A DNA stretch of 63,999 bases, filler included, from Streblomastix strix (GCA_008636045.1; 4 parts of 4 records of this genome joined end to end with filler, not necessarily neighbours in it), one strand, 5' to 3'. Shown: positions 1-15,953, counted from the whole stretch's first letter. Notes: generated by a model not told the origin, from the sequence alone. Numbers and translations are program-made.

Positions 1-872
1 AAGCAAATAATATTATTAATGGTATGTTAAAGAGAATATGAAATTACTTGATCATCTTAAAGTCAAAATTTATGAATCTTAGTTAATCCAACGATATCTT
101 CTCTATGAATAACGAATGAATTACTACCTACCATATCATTACGTAATGAATCATATACTTTCTGATTAGAAATAGTCATTAGTAAGCGATTTAATTCGCA
201 ATACTAATGTAATTAAATCATTAATCTAGATGTGTCTTTATCTTTATTAGAAGAATTCTTATTACAGTATAAGCAACAAGGTTGTTCATTAGTTTTAGTA
301 TGAGATTTATTATTATCTATTCTTTCTGGTGTTGGCTTATTATCATAAGCCAATCTTGCTTAACACATATGATATCGTTATATTAAGAATATATCATCAA
401 AATATTCGAAATCATCATACTATATGTTACGAAATATTCTTCTCTTCTTTCGTTTATTTTACTCATTGTACGAATTTATTTTAGATTTCCTGTAACCCAT
501 AGATAATTCAATGGGATTAGCTTTGTCTTCAGGATTATAACATGATGAAATATTAAAATTCTTATAGCAATACACATATTTCTTCAAGCAAGATAATTTT
601 GCTAACGATGTATTCTATGGAAGATTTATATGATAGTCAGTATGGTCTTTGATTCTATTATCGATTGTTAATAGTAATAACTAAGATTACTTTATTAATG
701 ATTCGCATGGTTCAAACTTACCAATATCTCTTAAAAAATTATCAAATTCCATACCAGAACTGACATAATTCTTAGCATCAATAAATTTTAAATGAATGGA
801 ATTCTCAGTGGATTTAACAATGATATGTATTGGACAGCTTCTTGGACCAAGTCTATCAATGATTTCACTCTA
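1..872 (-). pseudogene. Protein-primed family B DNA polymerase fragment (Polinton-like element), degenerate, cut by window/contig start
   Basis: Minus-strand translation (TAR=Q) gives LKFIDAKNY, an endonuclease VII-like segment ERIDNNKSHTKTNEQPCCLYCNK, and KVYDSLRNDMVGSNSFV. These are collinear with the pPolB at 49399-53795 (DRIDNEKLHTK..PCCLYCNK..VYKILRNCMIGGNSYV). Reading frame appears disrupted. Confidence 0.8.
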
Positions 873-1313
873 ATTTAAATAAATTTACTATAATCATTAG
901 AATATGATATTAATATATGTATATGATATATATGTATGTAATATTTTTATAATTCAATCAATGTTAAGTTCCGGCTGTATTTAATTTTATTAACATTTTT
1001 TATTTATAAGCATATAAAAGGAGTTTGCGATCTAAATTAATATTATGCTAACTTTTTTGTTACTAATAGCTATTATGTTATATTATATTATTTAATTACC
1101 ATATCTGTTCTTAATGCATTCTAATAACTATTTATGATCGTCAATAGAAACTTAAAAAATAAAAAAAATTTTTTTTTTTGATTTAATTTATTTGTCTCAT
1201 AATATTATATTAGTCCATATATGTAGTTATTATATAATTATTAATGTTTCATATTGCAATTGTTTACAGTTAGTTAAGTTTTAAAGCACTATTCTTAAAC
1301 TTGATCTATTCAT

Positions 1314-4300
1314 TCAAGAAATAAACTATAACTAATCAATAAGAAGAATTGAAGTCGATGCAATATCTTCATTCAAGCTTTATGCATATTATCGAATAAG
1401 ATTCAACGGCACAGCTTCTTTTACTACTTATTATGTTTCTTCTGTTCCAATATTCAGTAAATTAAGAACAAGTAATAATCCATGATCGATGATTTTATGA
1501 TTATTGCTCTACAAATATTTCATTATAAGATTCACAAACTCGCCAGTAGTGATATCAGTGTGATTAGCTTAATAATAAAATAAATAGTATAAATAAATAA
1601 AATATTAATAAATTAGACTTCTTTATCAAGAAAAGTATATGTTAATTCTAATAACAATTTAGGATTTGATATTTACCTTTACATTCAGCAAGTCTCGACA
1701 GAACAAGAGAAGATGATTCAATTAAATATTGAAAATTATCATCAGAAATTTCCTTCAGACATTATATCACAGAACTTCTGAATTCATCAGGAATTTTCAG
1801 AGCTTTGCAAAGTTGGCCAATTAAGAGTGCACAAAATTTATTTATTTTCCTATTTTAGATGTTATTATTCCGGAAGATCTTGACAATCTGAGCTAACCCC
1901 CCATTGTTCTCTAAAACTTTTTGAAGATCATCTTCTTGCTGAATTATTCCTGTCTAATTCATTTGTATGATAATTATACTCAAGAATTATGCGATTCTAA
2001 AAAGAATATTTTCACCTTTATTTTCCATAAGATGAATAAGTGGCATAATATATTTCTCTTATTTCAACTTTAGTTTTTGAGAAGATGTTGTACTTTTTAT
2101 CAGATTACGAAGAATATCAATAAATTCCACTATTATTTGATCAGATGAAATTGTTTCATAGAATCTGAAGAGCTCATCGATGAATTGTCCAGTTTCCAAC
2201 TCAATTTAAATAACTTCTTCAAATCTTTCAAACAGTTATTGCGCTACTCTAAGAGATGCAAGAACTAATCCTCCTTTTTCAATGATGTTTTCTCTTCCTT
2301 CTTGAAGAACAACTGTTATCTCACTCATTATTCTATCAACATCAATATTATTATTTTATTCCTCATCATTGATCATATTCTCGATCATTTTTTAATATTT
2401 TTCAAATTTCATCATTGATTCATGATTATAAATATATGAGAATAATGTAATAATGTTTCTCCTAACATTTTCATCTTAATGTTTTATTAATTCTCTTATG
2501 AAAGGATTTTAAAATTCTCTTTTTATATTATTTCGAGTTTGATCAGAACCAACTTAAACAATAGTCTTTATTATTTCAATTAGTTTAATTATATATACGG
2601 AAGATCCATTTGTTCTATTATATATAATATATGAATTAAAAATAATTTTAATTGTATGAATAAATTAGTTAAAATTCTATAAAATTATTATTTTATTCAA
2701 TAAATACTTAATGATCTAAGCAATGTTCGAAACGAAACTATTTCCAAGAATTTCAGAGTGGTTGCCTAAAGTTATAATGAATTTATAAAATTTTTTTTAT
2801 AAATTATATAATAATAATAAAAAAAAAATTATTATTAATTAAGAATATCAAAAATTATTTAGAATGTTTGAAAACCAGCATTTTGTGCTAAATATTGCAA
2901 TGTTTTTATAGCAGCATTTTCTGTACTTTAATTAGAATCATTAAGTAGATCTTTGAGATGGTTGATTATTTCAGTTCTCATGATTTAATCAGTTATTTCT
3001 TGTGAACGATAGATAAATCCAATTAATATTGCAGACATATCTTTAATATCTTTATTTATATTTCTTTGAAATAATTGAAAGATTTTATTGATTCCTCCAA
3101 TTGTTGATATTTAATCAAAATGAGGATGCGGTGTGGAAATTGAGGTTGAATAATTACCTGAAAGTAGAATAGTGTAAATTGAATTAATTGAATTTTTAAT
3201 AATTTAATTGTCTGGATGATCTAATAATCGGATAAGACCTTTGTAATGTTTCTGATTAAAGAGAAGTAATCTAACACTATTAACAGATAATGTTAATTAA
3301 AAGAATGCAAATGAGAAATTATGAGTGATGGAGATTAATTAGCGACTTTCAAAGATATTTTATAACGTTTCTGATATTTTCATTCTAATAATATTCGTTC
3401 TCAATTCATCATCATCAATTTCTTCTAATCCAATTGAAAGAAGAATACAATCATTATCTTATACTTTTATTATCTAATTCATTTCTTCTTCATTTCCAAT
3501 TAATGGTTTCATAAGATCTTATTAAATCATCAAAAGTTGTTCTTCATTCAAAATTTCATTTCGATTTACTATCAAATTCAAATAATGAATAAAGAAGAAA
3601 AAATGTTAATTAACAATATAAAATATTTAATAAAAACGAAAATATATAAAATTTAATATTAGAATTTAAGAATAAATAGAATAATTTATAATGATGGAAT
3701 ACCAGCATTTTGTGCTAAATATTTCAATGCATTTCTTGAAGTAATTATGTTAAATTAATTAGAATCATTAAGTAGATCTTTGAGATGGTTGATTATTTCA
3801 GTTCTCATGATTTAATCAGTTATTTCTTGTGAACGATAGATAAATCCAATTAATATTGCAGACATATCTTTAAAATATTTACTTAGATTTCTTTGAAATA
3901 ATTGAAAGATTTTATTGATTCCTCCAATTGTTGATATTTAATCAAAATGAGGATGCGGTGTGGAAATTGAGGTTGTATCAGTTCCTGAAATTAGAATAAT
4001 GTATATTGATTTAATTGAATCTTCAATAACTTAATTGTCTGGATGATCTAATAATCGGATAAGACCTTTGTAAGGCTTCTGATTAAAGAGAAGTAATTTA
4101 ATATCATTATCTGATATTGTTAATTACCAGAATGCAAATGAGAAATTATGAGTGATGGAGATTAATTAGCGACTTTCAAAGATATTTTATAACGTTTCTG
4201 ATATTTTCATTCTAATAATATTCGTTCTCAATTCATCATCATCNNNNNNNNNNTTGTTAATTACCAGAATGCAAATGAGAAATTATGAGTGATGGAGATT

Positions 4301-7300
4301 AATTAGCGACTTTCAAAGATATTTTATAACGTTTCTGATATTTTCATTCTAATAATATTCGTTCTCAATTCATCATCATCAATTTCTTCTAATCCAATTG
4401 AAAGAAGAATACAATCATTATCTTATACTTTTATTATCTAATTCATTTCTTCTTCATTTCCAATTAATGGTTTCATAAGATCTTATTAAATCATCAAAAG
4501 TTGTTCTTCATTCAAAATTTCATTTCGATTTACTATCAAATTCAAATAATGAATAAAGAAGAAAAAATGTTAATTAACAATATAAAATATTTAATAAAAA
4601 CGAAAATATATAAAATTTAATATTAGAATTTAAGAATAAATAGAATAATTTATAATGATGGAATACCAGCATTTTGTGCTAAATATTTCAATGCATTTCT
4701 TGAAGTAATTATGTTAAATTAATTAGAATCATTAAGTAGATCTTTGAGATGGTTGATTATTTCAGTTCTCATGATTTAATCAGTTATTTCTTGTGAACGA
4801 TAGATAAATCCAATTAATATTGCAGACATATCTTTAAAATATTTACTTAGATTTCTTTGAAATAATTGAAAGATTTTATTGATTCCTCCAATTGTTGATA
4901 TTTAATCAAAATGAGGATGCGGTGTGGAAATTGAGGTTGTATCAGTTCCTGAAATTAGAATAATGTATATTGATTTAATTGAATCTTCAATAACTTAATT
5001 GTCTGGATGATCTAATAATCGGATAAGACCTTTGTAAGGCTTCTGATTAAAGAGAAGTAATTTAATATCATTATCTGATATTGTTAATTACCAGAATGCA
5101 AATGAGAAATTATGAGTGATGGAGATTAATTAGCGACTTTCAAAGATATTTTATAACGTTTCTGATATTTTCATTCTAATAATATTCGTTCTCAATTCAT
5201 CATCATCGATTCCTTCTAATCCAATTGAAAGAAGAATACAATCATTATCTTATACTTTTATTATCTAATTCATTTCTTCTTCATTTCCAATTAATGGTTT
5301 CATAAGATCTTATTAAATCATCAAAAGTTGTTCTTTATTCAAAATTTCATTTCGATTTACTATCAAATTCAAATAATGAATAAAGAAGAAAAAATGTTAA
5401 TTAACAATATTAAATATTTAATAAAAGAAAATTAAATCCAAAATTTAATATTAGAATTTAAGAATATATATAATAATTAATATTATTTGAATACAAGCAT
5501 TTTGTGCTAAATATTTCAATGCATTTCTTGAAGCAATTTTAGTAAATTAATCAGAATCATTGAGTATATCTTTGAGATGGTTGATTATTTCAGTTCTCAT
5601 GATTTAATCAGTTATTTCTTGTGAACGATAGATAAATCCAATGCATATCGCAGACCGATCTTTAATATATTTATTCGGACTTTTTTGAAATAATTGAAAG
5701 ATTTTATTGATTCCTCCAATTGTTGATATTTAATCAAAATGAGGATGCGGTGTGGAAATAGATGTTGTATCATTTCCTAAAATGAAAATATTGCATATTG
5801 AAGTAATTGAATCTTCAATAACTTAATTGTCTGGATGATCTAATAATCGGATAAGACCTTTGTAAGGCTTCTGATTAAAGAGAAGTAATCTAACACCATC
5901 ATCTGAAATAGTTAATTACTAGAATGCAGATGAGAAATTATGAGTGATGGAGATTAATTAGCGACTTTCAAAGATATTTTATAACGTTTCTGATATTTTC
6001 ATTCTAATAATATTCGTTCTCAATTCATCATCATCGATTCCTTCTAATCCAATTGAAAGAAGAATACAATCATTATCTTATACTTTTATTATCTAATTCA
6101 TTTCTTCTTCATTTCCAATTAATGGTTTCATAAGATCTTATTAAATCATCAAAAGTTGTTCTTTATTCAAAATTTCATTTCGATTTACTATCAAATTCAA
6201 ATAATGAATAAAGAAGAAAAATTGTAAATTGATAATAAAATTTAATATTAATAATAAATTTAATTTTAAATTTAATATTAATATTAATAAATAAATAGAA
6301 TAATTTATAATATTTGAATACCTGTATTTTATGTTAAATCTTTTAACATATTTCTTGCTTTAATTTTTGTTTGTTAATCTGATTAATTGTGATAACGCTT
6401 GAGATGGTTGATCATTTAAATTATTATTTGTTAATCATTTATCTTTTACTGTTATTCCAATGATTATTTCTAATTAATTTTAATTATTAATTCAATTATT
6501 TTCAATGTGATTTCGTTTACTGTTGAATTTTTAAAAAGTTCAATCAATTCAATATAAAGATCTTTTTATCTAAAGCAATTTTTATAATAATTAAAATAAT
6601 AATAATTTTTAATATGAAGTTTAATAATTAATATAATGGAACATATATAATAATTATAAATAATAATTATTTCATACTTAACGTATCCAGCTACCGTTTC
6701 AATTATATTATTAGCAATAATTATTTCATGATTATCTGAAATTAAAAAAAATATATATTATACAAATTAATAAATAATAAAATATTTGAATATAATTTAT
6801 ATAAATTGTTTGTTGTAATACATATTTTCTCTTTATCTTATAATTTAATTAAATAAAGCAAACCTAAATATACAGCAAATAATAAAAGAGCTTTAAGAGT
6901 AAAGTTTCTATCATCTCCATTATTAGATTTTGCTTATTCGCAAAATTGGTTTAGCATTTATGATTATTCTTCTGGTTCAATATTACTAATCAATCTTAAA
7001 TCATCTAATATTAATTATTTGATCTAATAATCATTGGTTTATCTTAAAAAGTCAATTAATTCAATAAAAAAGTTTGATTGAAATATTAATTTAATATCTT
7101 CTTTATTTTTCACTAACTTTTAAACTAATTCAGATATATTTTATATTATTTCTTTGATTATATTATTTATTTCTTCAAAAAGCATTTATTACCCTTATGC
7201 AATGAAAGAATTAATAGTTTTCAAAGCAGTTGAAAGTTAATTATATTAATCTTGAGTAAATTCCTCCAATAATTTATAAGATTAAACAAGTTATTATTAT

Positions 7301-9968
7301 AATTATAACTATTCAATAGATATGGCTTGTATTATTTAAATTGGAAGATTGATCTAATCTTTATATTCTGATTAAGGAGAAATTGTTTCTTAATAATTCG
7401 ATTAAATTAAATCTTCTTTATTTGGCGAATTAATCATCTATTATTATTCTATTAAAGTATTTTAAATTTATTTTAATTCATTCTCTAGATCTTTTTCAAT
7501 AATTTCTTTAGCATCAGATAATGGGAATATGAAATATGGATCAGTATTATACTCATTGATTGTATTATCTCCTTATATTAATGCTTACTGCGCTGCTTAA
7601 ATCAAACATATCGCTAAACCAGGAACTTCTTTACCTGCTTTGTCTCCTGTGAAATATTCATGTTTCAGTGCTTCAGAAGATGAAATGCGATCTTTACTAT
7701 CAAACCGAAGCATTTTTGTGAGCAAATCCCATAATTAGTCATCGACTGATGTTGGCCTAATCAGATTCTATATGGATGGTTTTCTAGAAATTTAAATATA
7801 TGAAATAAAAGAATGTAAATAAAATAAATAATCAATTAATCTTAATATTTTTATATCACAAATTAATTAAATAAATTAAAAATAATATTTAATCAATATT
7901 AATATACTTATTAGTATCTATTAATGATGATGTTTCAAAAGGAAAAGAATGAGAAACAATATGATAGAGAAGAATACCAACAGGCCAAACATCAATCTGA
8001 TCATATTAATATAAAATTAAAGTAAAAATAATAATAAATAAATATTAATTTTAATTAAAATATAAATATTAAAATATATTAAATACTTTGTCATCAAATA
8101 ATACTTTCCCTTCACGTTTTACATTATCCATATTTTCATTCATCACTTCAGGTGCAATAAATGATAATGCTCTATAAAAAATAATTTACATATGAAAATA
8201 TTTCATTAAAATTATTAATTAAAATAAAAAAATAATATTAAAATATAAATAACTTACTCAGCTTCTTCCATTAAAGAAGATTATTAATCATTATGATTCT
8301 GCTATAAAACTTCAAATCCAGAAATCTTAATTAACTGCATTTAATTATAATAATAAAAATATTAGTAATAAAATATCATTTGTATTTTAAATATATAATC
8401 AGAATAAATAATACACACCACTCTTCCAGATCCAGGTGGATTGTGAAGCATAATATTCTTCTCATTTACACATCTATATCAAATGAATATATGAAGAAAA
8501 GTAAAATTAAACAAATAAGGAAATAATAATGATAATAATAATAGCAATAACAACAAAAATAATAATAATGAAAATAATAACAACAAAATAATAAAAATAA
8601 TAATAATTTTAATTAAAATAATAATAATAATAATAATCTTAATAATAATAATAAATATAATAATAGTAATAGTAATAATAATAATAATAATTACTTCAAT
8701 AATAATAATAAGGAATAATAATAATAATAATAATTATAATTAAAATAATAATAATTTTAATTAAAATAATAATAATAATTAATAATAATAATAATAACAA
8801 TAATAATAATAATAATAATAATAATTAATAATAATAATAATAATAAGAATAATAATAATAACTACAACAACAATAATAATATTAAAATATAAATAATAAT
8901 AGTAATAATAATTATAATAATAGTAATAATAATAACAACAATAATAATAAATACAATTGCAATAAAAGAATTGAGGAAAATTAATTTATTTCTCTTTCTA
9001 TATAATTATTATTCAAACTTATGAACAAGACCCTTTTCGTGCATCAAGCGCAGTCCCTCAACTGTTAATCAGAATTAAATAAATAAAATTTTAAAGATAA
9101 TAATAATAATTAATGAAATTATAAGGTAATTTATTATTTTAATTAGTCATTATTGTTAAATAGCATAATTAATTACATTATCAATTTTCTCATAAGATTG
9201 CATTTCAAATATATTATTTATTATATAAATGCATACGAAGCTGTTTTATAATTACTCGAACAATGCCAGGAGGAATATCTTTCTTCTTCACAATCAGACT
9301 ATGAAGGCTCTAGATTAAATAATTGAATATAAATTAATAATAAAATAAGTAATATAATATAAATAATAGTTAACAATTAATTCTCAAATATAAACGATTT
9401 AAAGTGCAAACTCCCATATTCGCATATTCAAGGACTATTCCTACGACATCACCACTTGAAAATTATTCAATGTATTTCAGTACATATGGATTTTTATCTT
9501 CTCTGTTTGGATAGATACCAAAATAAAGAGTATAAAACAGAAAATGAATAATAAAATAGCTTTTAAGCCTGCCAATATCAAGTCCCACTTTCCATTCATT
9601 GGAATCGAAGTCTGAATTCTTCATGAACTTCACTGCAACAATGCCTAATCCTTCTTTGAACACCAGATATACGCTATAATCAAATAAAGAATTGATTAGT
9701 CAGTTATAAATGAAAAGCAGCACTGTTCTAATGCATACTTTCCGGATTTGCTCTTACCTAAACAATACAAATAAACGGAATAGGAAATTTTAAATTAAAT
9801 TAAAAATTTTTACTTCCACACCGATGTGTCGCAGCATCTTTGATGATTTAGAAATAAACATGCAGAATTAAATAACAGTAATTATGATGTTAATAATTAA
9901 AAATATGTGAATATAATAAATATTACCCGAAATCCCTATTATTTCAGAAGCAATAAATTGTTCTCCAT
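1314..9968 (-). CDS. Multi-exon Ser/Thr kinase-fold protein (probable pseudokinase) with C-terminal tandem ARM/HEAT-like repeats
   Basis: Manually spliced exons: MENNLLLLKQQGFR / MLRHIG / KSKSGN / VYLVFKEGLGIVAVKFM ... EGLRLMHEKGLVHK / CVNEKNIMLHNPPGSGRV / LIKISGFE ... FIAPE ... DVWPVGILLY ... LLTKMLRFDSKDRISSSEALKHEYF. Helical repeats follow, with TGA at 1314-1316. Exact exon limits are approximate. Confidence 0.8.
2870..6230 (-). repeat. Tandem ~830 bp exon+intron units encoding ARM-like repeats (about 4 copies, one split by a 10-N gap)
   Basis: Near-identical blocks (e.g. GAGGATGCGGTGTGGAAAT at ~3122, ~3948, ~4913, ~5741). Each is followed by a similar AT-rich intron. Confidence 0.9.
8515..8960. 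repeat. Degenerate (AAT)n microsatellite inside a kinase intron
   Basis: About 450 bp of AAT/AAC/AGT triplets between the exons encoding ..GLVHK and CVNEKN.. Confidence 0.9.
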
Positions 9969-10659
9969 TGAACAGTTCGCAGTATAAATCTTAAAATAAA
10001 ATAAAAGGAATAAAATGTCTTAGAACAAAGAAATGCGATATGTTAATATTACGAAATAACAGAATTATTAAAATTAATTGCAGTAATACCTCTTAAAGAG
10101 GTATGTAAGTTGCTATAAATGTTAGGAACGACTTTTTGTTTGGAATAATAGGATTAGTATGATTGTTTGGCCCGATTATCGGGCCAACTGGCCAAGGTCA
10201 TGATTGATTCAGAATGAATATATTGATATACAAATTATTATGAAGTTAAAATTACCAGGAGATGCCTTTGGCCCAAAATTTTCAGTTTTTTTTTTCTAGA
10301 TTCGCTCAATACCTCTGTGCGATTTTCTATGAATGTAACATTACCAGTAATTGTGTATAAATTAAGAATAAAATATACTCAATTAAAACAAATTTAAATT
10401 ATCAATCATTGAATCTTTCCTCGTGCTGAGAAATATAGAATACAAGAAAATTGTATTATATTTCTTTATCTATTAAATATAAATGTAACATTAATATTAA
10501 TTCGTTTTTATAATATTATTTTAAAATTATTTACTTTAAAAAAACTGAAAATAGCTTCTTTTTTATTTTTGAACATAAAGATAAAATTTTATCAATAAAA
10601 TAATGAAATACACATCTAATTTAAAATATTGTTTTAATTCTTCTATATTTTATATTAAT

Positions 10660-11490
<831 letters not shown>

Positions 11491-11915
11491 ACAAAATTGA
11501 AATTGAGGTCTGTCATATTTTCATTTACCAATACATCAGTATGTCTTATATATCTGATTCTCAGGATTGAATGAAATACTTGGAATTTTCTAACCAAAAA
11601 ACAATAAAATTAATAAAAAAATTTATTTAACAGAAAAAAATCATAGCAATCTAGCGAAGAATTGTCTTTGGTGGGAACGAACCCGAAGATGATAAAACAC
11701 TATAAGCCGATAATATTCAAAAGGTTGCTACTATTCATCTTGTGATGTTGAAATTATTCTTCATTTTGATTTGATCAGACCTATCTTGGAGAGTCGGTAC
11801 TTAGTTAATAATATACATTACAATTAATTATGTTTAAATAATAAATAATCATAAAGAAATAATGATTGTTGAATTAAATAAATTATTCAGACTAATTCGT
11901 GGTAATCTATTTAAA

Positions 11916-14467
11916 ATGGCTCAAATCCATAAATAAAATATTTAATAGCTCCCTGACTATTCATCATGTTCATAAGAATGGGTATTGCTTGGTGAGGGCA
12001 ATAGCGCGATCGTATATTCTTAGAAAACAGGTCCGTACTCAGGCCTAGTACTGCGTATTCCAAAATATTCAGGATCAAATGATATTGATATGAATTTATG
12101 TGCATTATAAATGCAATATGAATAGATTTTTCAAAGAATTCTTCCAGTACCAACCAAAGTTTGTTTAATTTGCACTTTAATTAATTTTGCTCTGTTAATA
12201 TATTGTAAATATTATTTTTAATTTCATAATTTTTTCAATTATTTTATTTGACATATTAATTTTCCATTATAATATTTTTATGCTTTATGGATTTCCAGAT
12301 CATATATGAAACTAATCCCGACTTCCTTGCTCCACTGGAACGTATATATAAGCAAGCAAAAGGAATAGAGGCACTTGATGGTGAGTTATTTAATTCTAAA
12401 AGTGAATTTGTGACTATGGAGCGGAATGTGATAGTTGGTGGAGATAAATTAAAGCAGGGTTCAAGATTGAATGAAATGTAATTTGTGATTGAAGGAGAAT
12501 TCCCATAATTAAAAGGATGCATGGCTGTAGAATTGAAACCTAAAGTTGGATGGGCGGAATTTTTAATTGATCAAATGAGAGAGAAAGAAAATAACACGAA
12601 CAAACTCACTCCAACACCTTCCAACAAATATTCTGAAATTAATTCAAATATTCAAATTCCTTAGAAAACACAGAAAGAGTTTATCAAATGTAATAATTTT
12701 GAAGAGTCAATTTAATAAATTATTTAGAACAGGGGTAGTTAATCAGCTCCTGCTAAACTTATATAATAATCTTCCAATTTAAAATAGGATCCAAATTAAT
12801 AAGAAACGATAAATTCATCTCCAGTATATTTTATTTCTACTCAAATATCACCTTCTTTAACATCTTCTAATTCAAATGCAAGTGAATAAATACATATTTT
12901 TTCTGAATAAAACTAAGAATAATAAATGAATTTTCACCATTAAGAAATTATGGAATAGAAAAACAATTAAATTGATTTACTCTATTCATCGTCATTGAGG
13001 GAGTATTAATAATAAAAATAATTATTAATCAGAGATTTAATATAATGAAATGATAATAAAATGCAGTTAATGAAATGCTGCAGATTCTCATTATTATAAT
13101 CTATTAAAGCATCTGCCAGATTAAATGAATAGAAAATTGAATTAAGAAAAACAGGAAATTAAATATTTACTTATATATAAGAAACTAATAAATTGAAATG
13201 TAAATGCATATATGAAGAAATAAGACGATGTTTGATTGATACTTGGTCACTAAAATCATAATGTGGAAGGAGTTTATTCTGTCCAGTGAAATTATTTGGA
13301 GCTAGAAATGTATAAGAATATGTAAGAGCTATTGCTCCTTTATATTCTGACCCATAGAATAACATGAGAATATTCATTAATGGTGCTCTAATATTCCCAC
13401 AGAATAATCTTCAAAATAAAAAAGATTCATTGTAAGTATTAGAACAATAATTGATGTAGATTGGATGTTGTATATGCGGACTCTCTAAATATGTCGGCGA
13501 AGGATTAATTAAATCTAGAATATTAGAATGAATATTATATCTGCAGAAATTAGGAGGTTGAGGATTAATGAATATTATGAATTCATATTAATATGTAAGA
13601 GATATTTGTAAAGAGAAGATATAGAAATGGATATAAATGAATAAAAGAAAGAATGAACACAAAGAGAAGGGATAAGAAGATATTAATTGGGAAGAAGATT
13701 TACATTAATTTATGAGTAGTTTAAGTGTTAATGAATAAATTGGAGAATAATGTTTGAATAGAATAAGAGAAGAAATGAATAAGGATTTATATGAATAAGG
13801 AATTGATATTCTTTTAGATTCAATATTCAATCCATTAATTTGTGCTTAACTTTCCCTTTAAAATATAAACTTGGACGATAATAGAATAAACGAATAATAA
13901 AGATATTAATGTGTTTGTAGAGATGAATCAATACTTAATGAATTAGATAGAATTGGAATGCAAGGATTTGATGGAATGAATTGGGATGGAATAGCAGGAA
14001 AAGATAAAGTTAAATATAAGTGGGAAGATATTATTTAAGAATAATAAGATAATATAATAATTAATTAAAATAAAAGAGAAAGATGGGGAGATTTGGTTGA
14101 AGATGAAATTGAAGATTAATGTACATTGAATGAACACAATATATTGAATGACTGTAAAATGGTATGTGAAGATTAATGTTCATCATTAACAAATGAAGAT
14201 TAACAACTGAAAGAATGTGTAAGTTAAATACGAAGATATCTTGTTGCTGATTCTGCGAAAGATTGTTCAATTGTATTAAGATTCTAACCTATTGAAGATG
14301 AAAATCCAGAGAAATAGTAAAGTTCTGAACATTCAAAGGTGTTATGTGGAATAAATGTAATTGATCTTGCTCCAAAAGTTCATAAGCGAATATCCAGATG
14401 GGTGAAATTAGAACGAAGATTGGGATTAGTGGTACAGATATTATCAGAGCATAATAGTTTAATCTGA
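11916..14467 (+). CDS. IPK1: Inositol-pentakisphosphate 2-kinase (Ipk1/IPPK family) with Q/N-rich insertions; intron ~12159-12298
   Basis: Motifs WVLLGEGNSAIV, VLRIPK, AVELKPKVGW, CCRFSLLQ, CPVKLF, PQNNMRIFING, SAKDCSI, VIDLAPK..ISRWVKLE match Ipk1 motifs in order. Ends at TGA 14465-14467. Confidence 0.85.
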
Positions 14468-14806
14468 AAGAAACAAATAAATATTATCATATTAAACACA
14501 ATTATTGAATAAATGATAATGTGCTATATTCAAATTGAATTCATTAAAGTTGGGACCACCAATTTCTTGGAGACTTAAAACACCTCAAATCATTGCACAA
14601 GTAATTCAGATGAATTGATTGCAATTATTAATCATACATTCTTTATAATTCAAGATTTTACTATCTTGTTCAATTGTGAAATAAAATGAAATAATTCAAT
14701 ATTGAATTTTATTAAAAAGTTAAATTTATTTATTAGTTTGTAATAATTAAAGAACTATTCATAATAATAAGTTCTTCTTAAATTGATATAGAATTTTATA
14801 AATATA

Positions 14807-15928
14807 TCAATCCATTTGTTGTTTATTTATTAGATTTTATGCAATATCTGAAGCTCTTTTCCTTGCAATATCAAATACATTCTTACCAATACAAGCACTT
14901 CCACTTATATTTTTCTTAATTAAAGCTCCATCAATCCAATTATTATGAAATCCAACAAAAGGATTATTAACATCAATTGTTTATCCAGATTCTCCAATTA
15001 AAAGATAAGATTAAGATGAATCTTTACTTTAATCTACTTACATTCCAACTTCATTTAAATCTAAAATGATTGGAATTCCTCCATCTTTTAGCATTAACCA
15101 GAAAACTGGGGAATTAGATACAAATTCATTAATTTCATCTATTTAATTGATTTATTCTTTATTTTCTTTATCTTTCTATTTACAATCTTAATCTTTTATC
15201 ATCGCAACTTATCCTCGTTTCTCTCTTCTGAGAATATCAAATATCAAAGAAAATGTACTCATTCCAATTTTATCTTCCTCTTCTAATGATGGATCAGCAA
15301 ATAAAAACATTCTAAATTGAATTATAAGGTTATAATAAAATTAATTAATTCATAAATAAAATAAAAATTATTATCATACTCTCCTTTTACAGGAAATATT
15401 GCAAATGTTATTGAAATGGGAAATGAAGTTAATGCAATTACTCTCTCATCAACATAAATACAGCTTTTCTTTTTGATTTCAATATTTTAATCTTTAATCA
15501 TTTAGGTTTTATCAGAATCTGCTTTAATTCTTGGTTTAGGAATAGTTCGAGCAACATAACAACCATTGCTTCTATCTTTCTCAACACAAATCTGTGGGAG
15601 AATAGCTATTCCAATATATACAAAATGAAGAAATACAAAATGTCAATATATGAAAATTAAATATAAACTGTCTTTAATAGCCATCATTGCACATAATAAA
15701 CATGTGTCCATTAATGATCCATCTTCCTCTAATATGGCAATTTCTATTCTTAAATTCCATGCAAGACCAAATCCAGATGTCCATTAATATAAAAGTGATT
15801 ATTTATTAATGGATTTATTTAATAATTATATTAATCTATCTGAGATTTTAGAACTACGTGCTTCTTGTGTGATGCTGTTGATTTCTGCATGAGATTCAAC
15901 TTGTGAAGTGAAGAATACCCTGACATCT
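14807..15928 (-). CDS. Exosome RNase PH-like subunit (RRP43/RRP42/RRP45 group), 5' part missing at contig end
   Basis: GLAWNLEIEIAILEEDGSLMDTCLLCAMMAIKD, PISITFAIF and FLFADPSLEEE are RNase PH domain motifs. At least 2 introns; TGA at 14807-14809. Confidence 0.75.
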
Positions 15929-15953
15929 GAAAAAAGAATAAATAGGTTGTTTA

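Noticed and set aside
4117..4380. Extra ~127-bp duplication around the 10-N gap at 4244-4253
   Set aside because: Identical sequence on both sides of a scaffold gap indicates overlapping contig ends. Repeat copy number here is unreliable.
2870..6230. CRISPR-like or non-coding array
   Set aside because: Units are ~830 bp protein-coding exon+intron repeats, with no short repeat-spacer structure.
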